Source: Eledone cirrhosa
Taxonomy: Eukaryota
Direction: 5' to 3'
Length of the DNA stretch: 64,000 bases
Assembly (NCBI GenBank): GCA_964016885.1
Contig: OZ024742.1
Coordinates: forward strand, 107,756,001-107,820,000
The translations under genes and the position numbers were made by a program. The notes under the pieces are model-generated. The model saw only the letters and a program-made list of their open reading frames with translations. It had not been told where the DNA came from and searched no databases. Numbering within the stretch: position 1 is the first letter of the stretch; each line of letters starts with the position of its first letter. Shown piece after piece: positions 57,270-64,000 of the stretch.

Positions 57270-59272
57270 CAGTTATTAGATCCAACATTTTTGGAATGTT
57301 TTACGTATTTTTACTGTTTCATTAATGGATTGTACTTGTAATTTCCTAACTAGTTGTGTTCTTTCTGTTCCTGTGAAGCCCAGCTTTTCAAGATTTGTAT
57401 TGAGGCAGTTAATAATATACCCCAGTGCCCCAATAATCACAGGCATAAATCTGAAGGTGTAATCAGGGTGCAGTATCTGCAGATTTCTCATCAGTTCTGC
57501 ATAAATATTCTCCTTTTCGCTAATCTGATATTAAATTGGCATCTGCTGGACAGCTAATTTCCACTACTGTGCATGCTTTCTTCTCCCTGTCCCATATCAT
57601 AATATCTGGTCTGTTATGCCTGCATTTTTATTGGGGTTTTTACTGAAACATTCCACCAGTACTCTTTCATATTATGTACATGGATGTCTTCTACATTTCT
57701 GTAGCTTTTAATGTGTTTATTATCGGGGCTATCTTTTTGCGGACTGCATTGTACAGTGTTTTGGCCACTACATCATGCTTCATAGGTAGATAGTACCGCG
57801 ATGACATCTTTGGACAGCTGATGATGACATGGGTGATATCCTCGATGTTAGTTCTGCAGAGTCTGCACTTGTTATCACATCTAGGTGTTTTGCCTGCATC
57901 GCTATCTATTTTGTGAATCAGGTATTTCGTGTTAATCTCCTGTTCTTGGATTGCAAAAGCGTATCCTTCAACGTGGGAGCCAATATAGCGGTTGGTGGTC
58001 CAAGATAGACTACTTTCCTTATCTATATTACTCTTACTCTGGAGCTCCCTGGCAACATATCCATGCATGATTTTTTGCTGATAAGCATGCAGTTTTTCAT
58101 CCATGGATTCACTGCGATACTGCTGAGCGACTTCCCTGGGTGTGAGTTTTTGATTATCACACGGAATATCTCTCGAGAGAGTTACTTCCCAACTCTCATG
58201 ATCTTATCTGTTTCATGCAGATACACTTGCTCGAGAAACGGTCTCCTACGCTTCGAGGTTCGTAGATGTTGTCGGAGAGATATGATGCGACATTCAAATG
58301 TTGTCTGGACTGATGTTAGGCCTCTGCCTCCCTGCTTACGTTTCAAGTAACGGTCTATGTCACTGTTGATGTGGAAGTTTCCGTTGTTGTTTAGTATTTT
58401 TCGAGTTCCAACATCAACTGCTCGGATTTCGTCTATCGTCCAATTAAGTATTCCAAACGTTGGTGTTAGGACAGGCACAGCAAACACATTGTGAGCCACT
58501 ATTTTGATTTGCGCAGAGAGTTCCGATGACTTGATCTTTCTTACTCGGGTGTAGTATTCCCTGGTTACGCGTTCTTTATTACAGATACCATTATAGGATA
58601 TGTTCTCATCTATCCCCAGGTATCTGTAGCAGTCCTCATCAGATATCGGTGGAACAGTTAGGCCATTGATGACAATGTTGCTAGATTGGGTTGTTGCTTT
58701 TCCCCGCTTTACAGTCATGTATGAGTATTTATCTTGGCCAAACTCCATTCCTATATCCTTTGAGAACGTTTTTCTTCATCCCATCCATGTTCTTGGCATA
58801 GAGTTTCAGATCGTCCACAAAGAAATTATGAGTTAGGTTCGTATTTCTGTCCTGTGAGCCAATGATGTATCCCTCACATTTCTTGAGCAGAAAGGACAAG
58901 GGGTTTATGACAAGATGAATAATATCACAGAGAGATTGTCCCCCTGAAATATACCCTGCAATATTTTATTTTATCAGTGAAAATAGAGTCCCCTCTCTCT
59001 GTCTTTAACCTTAGGATAGTAGCCCAAGAAGAAGACAACCTCTCTATGGCTCTGATAATGTCTGGGACTTTAGCAAGTTGGAAGGCCTCTATCATCCAAG
59101 AGTGGTGAACAGAATCGAAAGCTTTCCCGTAGTCCAGCCAGACTGTAGCCATATTCCTCCTAAGTTATCGCACCTCCGACATCGCAGTTTTGTTGATTAG
59201 GAGTTGTTCAGCACATCCTCAAACCCCTTTCTTTCCAGCTGCTTGTTCATCTGTGATGATGTTATTATTTTC
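57270..59272 (-). mobile_element. R4/Dong-type (restriction-like endonuclease) non-LTR retrotransposon, 5'-truncated and decayed
   Basis: WLDYGKAFDSV, FFVDDLKLYAK, YRYLGI, GGRGL, CRLCRTNIEDITHVIISCP, RPDIMIWD, PVIIGALG. Confidence 0.88.
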
Positions 59273-59917
59273 ACATGTATGTATGTATGTATGTATGTAT
59301 GTATGTATGTATGTATGTATGTATGTATGTATGTATGTTTACTTGGTGAGGAGGGGATTTTGGACACCCTGCAGGACAAAAAACAAAACCTGACAAAGGG
59401 CGGAAGAACTCATAAGTGTCAACGGCCATCCAAAAGTGTGTAAATATGTATATACACATGTCCATATGTATGTATATGTGTATATACATGGGTGCATGTG
59501 TATGTATATGCGCGGGGAAATAGAAATAGTCGGGCTGGACACTTGATCGCGCGTTTAAACCACTGGGAGTGAAGGACCCCTAGCCTTTATCAGGGCATTC
59601 TTCTAGGAGAAGGTAACTCAGGAAACTGGGATAACTCCGATATAAAACCTGCGGCTCAATAGTTACCGATGATGTTGATCTTTTCTTCTTTTCGGGTTAT
59701 AGCTACTCTCACTCAGAGAGTGGGATTGGCTCAGTGCAGTCTTTCCTCACTTTAAAAAATATCTTCACGCACAGGCATTGCTCGATAGAATTAATTAATA
59801 ATTATTAATAATGGTATATCGTGCAATGGCCATACTCGATAACGAGGGGGCAGCCATCATCATGTATGTATGTATGTATGTATGTATGTATGTATGTATG
59901 TATGTATGTATGTATGT

Positions 59918-60185
59918 ATGTTTTCTCTTTCTCTTAATTTCGAGTATATTTTTTTGACCGGCCACCTTCCTTGTGGCAAGGTTGTAAAAGAAAAGAAATT
60001 GTCATCCCTTGAATCGCAAGAATGTTTTGCAAATTTTGAAGGTGCCAGCTATCGCAGCCATTTGTAGACTATGAATTAGGGAGCTGCGCTTTTTGTCCGC
60101 AAATCCAAGTTCAGTCATACTTTGGTCCAAGCGGGTTGGTATATAACCCGTAGCACCAATAATGATGGGTATGAAGCTAAAGGTG
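59918..60185 (-). mobile_element. 3' fragment of a related R4/Dong-type element flanked by (TATG)n
   Basis: FIPIIIGATGYIP...LQMAAIAGTFKICKTFL parallels 57276-57491. Confidence 0.75.
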
Positions 60186-61578
60186 TATGTATGTATGTAT
60201 GTATGTATGTATGTATGTATGTATGTATGTATGTATGTATGTATGTATGTATGTATGTATGTATGTATGTATGTATGCACGTATGTATGTATATATTTAT
60301 ACATGCATGTACACGCGTATATATGTATGTGTGTATGTGTGTATGTTTGTATTATGTATGTATTATGTATGTGTTATGTATGTATCTATTTATACATGCA
60401 TGTACACACGTATGTATGTATTATGTATGTATGTATGTATGTATGTATGTATGTATGTATGTATGTATGTATGTATGTATATATTTATATGTATGTATGT
60501 ATATATTTATGTATATATTTATATTCATCCGGGAGAGATGACCCCTTAGCCTTTGTCAAGGCAGAATTCTAGGAGAAGGAAAACTCTGATATAACACCTT
60601 CAACCCTGATGGTATCCAATGATGTTGACTTGTTCTTTTTGGTAAATATCATCTTGGTTAAGAGAGTGGGATTGGCTTTGTGCAGTGCCTTTTCTCACTA
60701 TAAAAGCTTCACGGCACAGGCATTGCTTTATATCTGGAGATCTCTCTGCACTTGTCGTCACATGGTACCATGGGCCCTGCACTGTGTCAATAATTGTCCA
60801 GAGTTTGATTGACAATAATTGTCAATAATTGTACCAGAGTTTTAAAGTCGCTGGCTGGACTAAAAAGTCACACTCGTTCAGCGCATCGGTAGGGGTTCTC
60901 CTATATGGATATAAAGTAGTGGCCGTACTCGAAAACGAGTTGGCAGCCACCATGTATCTATGTATGTATGTATGTATGTTTTTAGTAGATAACGTAAAAG
61001 CGCACATCAACCAATCAAAGGTGGTCACGCTCTTTCGTGCGTCCGTTCTGAAAGATATTTGTTGCGAAAGAAAGAAGCTATATATATGATTAGCTGACGA
61101 GTATCGTTTTAGCCGCTGTAGTGGTGGTGGTCCACATATCTGTTAAGTAATTTAAATGTCCATATCCAAGACACCTAATTATTTATCTCAGTCCACCATG
61201 TCGTTAACTAATACCCATTTACAGGTGTAATTCATGTGAGCATTCGGTTACATTCTGGTGTCGTATATTTTCGGTAAATCTGATTTATTCTGATAGAACA
61301 GCGTTGGTTAAATTTTGTAATTACTGCTAATAGCATTTTACGTTATTATTATTATTATTATTATTGAATGCCATGGTTGACGGAGGCTCGGCTCTGTAAG
61401 GTATAGTAATTTTTAACCGTTAAAACAATTGTAAATTGTTTAAAACTTGAACCAAATTGTTGATAAAGACACCCTCCTCCTCGTGAGAGGGGTCTTTCTG
61501 TCCGTTATTTGGCCCTTCGGGGTTAAATAACCAGTTATTGGGGTTTTGTACCCAAAATTTCATTTTAAACAAAAAAAC

Positions 61579-63675
61579 ATGGCTACGAAAAAGAAATTTC
61601 ATACGTCACTCCCACTCATTCCGTCTTCTTCTTCCTCAATCATCACTACAGCAGAGAGAAGATTGTCTCTCTCCCTCCCTTCTTTAAATGTGTCTCTCTC
61701 CCTCCCTTCTCTTTCGCAAGCGACGAAAGAAAAGAAAAGTCTCGTGCAAAGCGTGCAAGGTTTCTCCACGACGACGACGACAGCGACGAAACAGGTGTGC
61801 GGGAAATACGAAAACCCAGTTCATTCGTCTGACGTCAGGAATAATAGCAGTAGCAGCCGTAATAACAACAGCAACAGTGACAATGAAAACAACAGTAGCA
61901 GCCGCAACAGCATCACCAGCAGCATAAACAACAACAGCATTAGCAGCAGCAACACCAACAACAACCACAGCAACAGCGGCGGAGGCAGTAGTCGTAGTAC
62001 CTGCAGCAACAACAAAAGTACCAGCAGCTCTGACGACAACAACAACAGCAGAGAAAAACCAATCTCATTTGCAGGTATTGCGAAAAACTTGGAAACAATC
62101 CTCATAACAAATGAGGAATTAGAGGAAGCGAAGAAGATGGTGACAAAGAACGGACACCGAGCAATCTGCAAGGCAGCGAAAAATGTTTTCGAAACCCAAG
62201 AGCACTGTACGGTCACGTACCGTACAGTAAGTACAAAATCCCGTAGGGTGGAAAGAGCCACAGAGGCCCAAATACAAAAAGCCTTGGGGTCTGTGTGGCA
62301 GAGGAAAACGCACATCACCCGAGGCAAAAAATACGCCACCGTAGACGTACTTTTTGCCACACCCCAGGAGGCAAAGGCCCAATCAGTAGTGACCCTAAGG
62401 AGCGAGGAAATGGTGTTGGTGCCCTCCTACTGCGGGCAAAAAATTGTGAGGGTCAAACTGACCCACGTCCCCCCCGGAATGACCCCTCCTTGGCTGGCCG
62501 CGTCTGTCCTCGTCGGAATCGAGGACAAAACAACTGTACTGCAAGTACAGAAAAAAGTAAGAGAAGATTGGGTCGGCTCCTCCATTGAGATGCTAATCCA
62601 AACCAACCAGGAGTGCATCGAAGCTATCCCGGATGTGATAGACTTCGATAACGGCACTCAACTGCCCATAAGTGTTGAGGGCAAACGCCCGAAATGCTTT
62701 CGCTGTGGATCGAAGACTCACCTCAGGGCCTTCTGCAACGAGAAGACCCTGAGAAAGGAGAAAACCCCCCTCCTTCCGAATCCGGCTCCACGGCTACCAG
62801 CAACAGGACAAGCGGCAACCAGGAACGATAGGTCCGTGGCACCCATACCCACTCCACGGAAATCAAAGACAGCAGCAGCAGTGGAAATATTAACAACAAC
62901 AACAGCAATACCAAATGCAGCTGCAACAGAGACTCCAGTGCAAACATCACCAACAACAACAAGTGAAAGAGTGGAGCTGGTACCCCTCCCCGACCTTACA
63001 GAATCAGACATGGAGTGTGAGGTGGGAGAGGGATGGCAAAAGGTCGCAAGAAGGCACAAACGCAGAAGCAGCGCATCGTCGCCTTTGAAAAGGGAGGAAA
63101 GAAATGAGAAAAGGGTAAAGTCTACTGCAAAGAGACCCACAGCAGCAACACCACCAACACCATCACCACCCACACCAGCACCACCATCACCACCGGCGAC
63201 AACCCCACCGCCAACAACACCTTCAACACCACCACCACAAGCACCAACATCGCAAACACAACAACAAAACACACACACCCAGCAACAACGACAAGAAAAT
63301 AGCAGAACCACACCCCACCCCCAGAAAAACAAATGCACGGCAATAAACACACACAACAAGAAACTAATGACTTACATAATTGAACACACAGACATTTCAC
63401 AACAGGACTACATAATACCAGCACCAATCAAAACGCCAACTAACATAAGACTGCTAAAAATAGCACAGAAACAATACACAAACATTAAAACGAAATTCCC
63501 CAACGCAGTTGGTGATTTCAGGGACCTAGGAGGAACCATCAATCGAAGAGTATATTCAGACATTCTCTTAGAAGAGCCGACGACCAGCCGAAGGGACGAT
63601 TCAACGGTCCCTTCACCAGACGATCAAGTGAAAAGGGATGTAAAAACCATCCCTCCTCTACCAAAAGTACGGTAA
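61579..63675 (+). CDS. ORF1 gag-like protein with CCHC zinc knuckle
   Basis: ATG at 61579; CFRCGSKTHLRAFC; S/N-rich and P/T-rich low-complexity regions; homologous to 3677-5528. Confidence 0.85.
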   Translation: MATKKKFHTSLPLIPSSSSSIITTAERRLSLSLPSLNVSLSLPSLSQATKEKKSLVQSVQGFSTTTTTATKQVCGKYENPVHSSDVRNNSSSSRNNNSNSDNENNSSSRNSITSSINNNSISSSNTNNNHSNSGGGSSRSTCSNNKSTSSSDDNNNSREKPISFAGIAKNLETILITNEELEEAKKMVTKNGHRAICKAAKNVFETQEHCTVTYRTVSTKSRRVERATEAQIQKALGSVWQRKTHITRGKKYATVDVLFATPQEAKAQSVVTLRSEEMVLVPSYCGQKIVRVKLTHVPPGMTPPWLAASVLVGIEDKTTVLQVQKKVREDWVGSSIEMLIQTNQECIEAIPDVIDFDNGTQLPISVEGKRPKCFRCGSKTHLRAFCNEKTLRKEKTPLLPNPAPRLPATGQAATRNDRSVAPIPTPRKSKTAAAVEILTTTTAIPNAAATETPVQTSPTTTSERVELVPLPDLTESDMECEVGEGWQKVARRHKRRSSASSPLKREERNEKRVKSTAKRPTAATPPTPSPPTPAPPSPPATTPPPTTPSTPPPQAPTSQTQQQNTHTQQQRQENSRTTPHPQKNKCTAINTHNKKLMTYIIEHTDISQQDYIIPAPIKTPTNIRLLKIAQKQYTNIKTKFPNAVGDFRDLGGTINRRVYSDILLEEPTTSRRDDSTVPSPDDQVKRDVKTIPPLPKVR

Positions 63676-63710
63676 GTGGTCTTTCCCATCTTTTCCACTC
63701 TATTTTAAAC

Positions 63711-64000
63711 ATGACCTCACTCAGAATAGGCAGCATAAATGCGCGTGGCTTGGGGTCGTCATGGAAGCAGGGTCACCTGCTCAACGACCTCAGGTCACTA
63801 AACATAGATGTAGTGGCCATCAGCGAGACCAGAATCTCCGAAGCACGGGCCTTCGCACCGATCTTCGGCGGCTACGATGTGTACGCATCTCCCAGCCGTC
63901 CTGGATCGGGTGGAGGAGTTGCTGTGCTTTTTCGGAGAGGTTTGGATCTCGCCATACGGGCTATCTTCCTGGACCCAGAGGGTAAGCTGGTGGTGCTGGA
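63711..64000 (+). CDS. ORF2 N-terminus (AP endonuclease), partial
   Basis: MTSLRIGSINARGLGSSWKQGHLLNDLRSLNIDVVAISETR...GGGVAVLFR...LDPEGKLVVL, aligning with ORF 5571-6155. Confidence 0.9.
   Translation, partial: MTSLRIGSINARGLGSSWKQGHLLNDLRSLNIDVVAISETRISEARAFAPIFGGYDVYASPSRPGSGGGVAVLFRRGLDLAIRAIFLDPEGKLVVL

Larger units (their letters stand above)
61367..64000 (+). mobile_element. Tx1/L1-clade LINE (copy 2, apparently intact), running off the window
   Basis: Begins right after (ATT)n; hairpin-rich 5' UTR, uninterrupted ORF1 and open ORF2. Confidence 0.9.

Noticed and set aside
55400-64000. Upstream SLC7 exons
   Set aside because: I found no hydrophobic CAT-like exon with splice sites; they are presumed to lie beyond the window.

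Overview
This is repeat-saturated eukaryotic DNA, probably from a coleoid cephalopod (Octopus-like). That assignment is an inference from the SINE family and the extreme (TA)n/(CA)n/(TATG)n density. One host gene is supported: the last three coding exons of an SLC7 cationic amino-acid transporter (CAT/SLC7A14-like) on the minus strand (55381-55244, 46767-45507, 34018-33891), with in-phase GT-AG junctions. Its 5' exons appear to lie beyond the window. The rest is mobile DNA: two Tx1/L1-clade LINEs plus 3' fragments, three Penelope-like (RT + GIY-YIG) loci (two with inverted terminal copies), an R4/Dong-type RLE LINE, an internally deleted mariner, two non-autonomous Helitrons, several MITEs and many tRNA-derived SINEs. 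Two observations stand out. (1) About ten minimal type I hammerhead-ribozyme motifs from several sequence families sit in Penelope termini and in short inverted or palindromic units inside microsatellites. They include U3-A8, U10.1-U11.1 and extra-nucleotide core variants, plus 'half-hammerhead' palindromes centred on stem II. (2) Both divergent Tx1-like LINEs carry a GTAAGT...pyrimidine tract...CAG mini-intron over the ORF1 stop whose removal would fuse ORF1 and ORF2 in frame. All RNA structures were paired by eye and are untested, and element boundaries are approximate.
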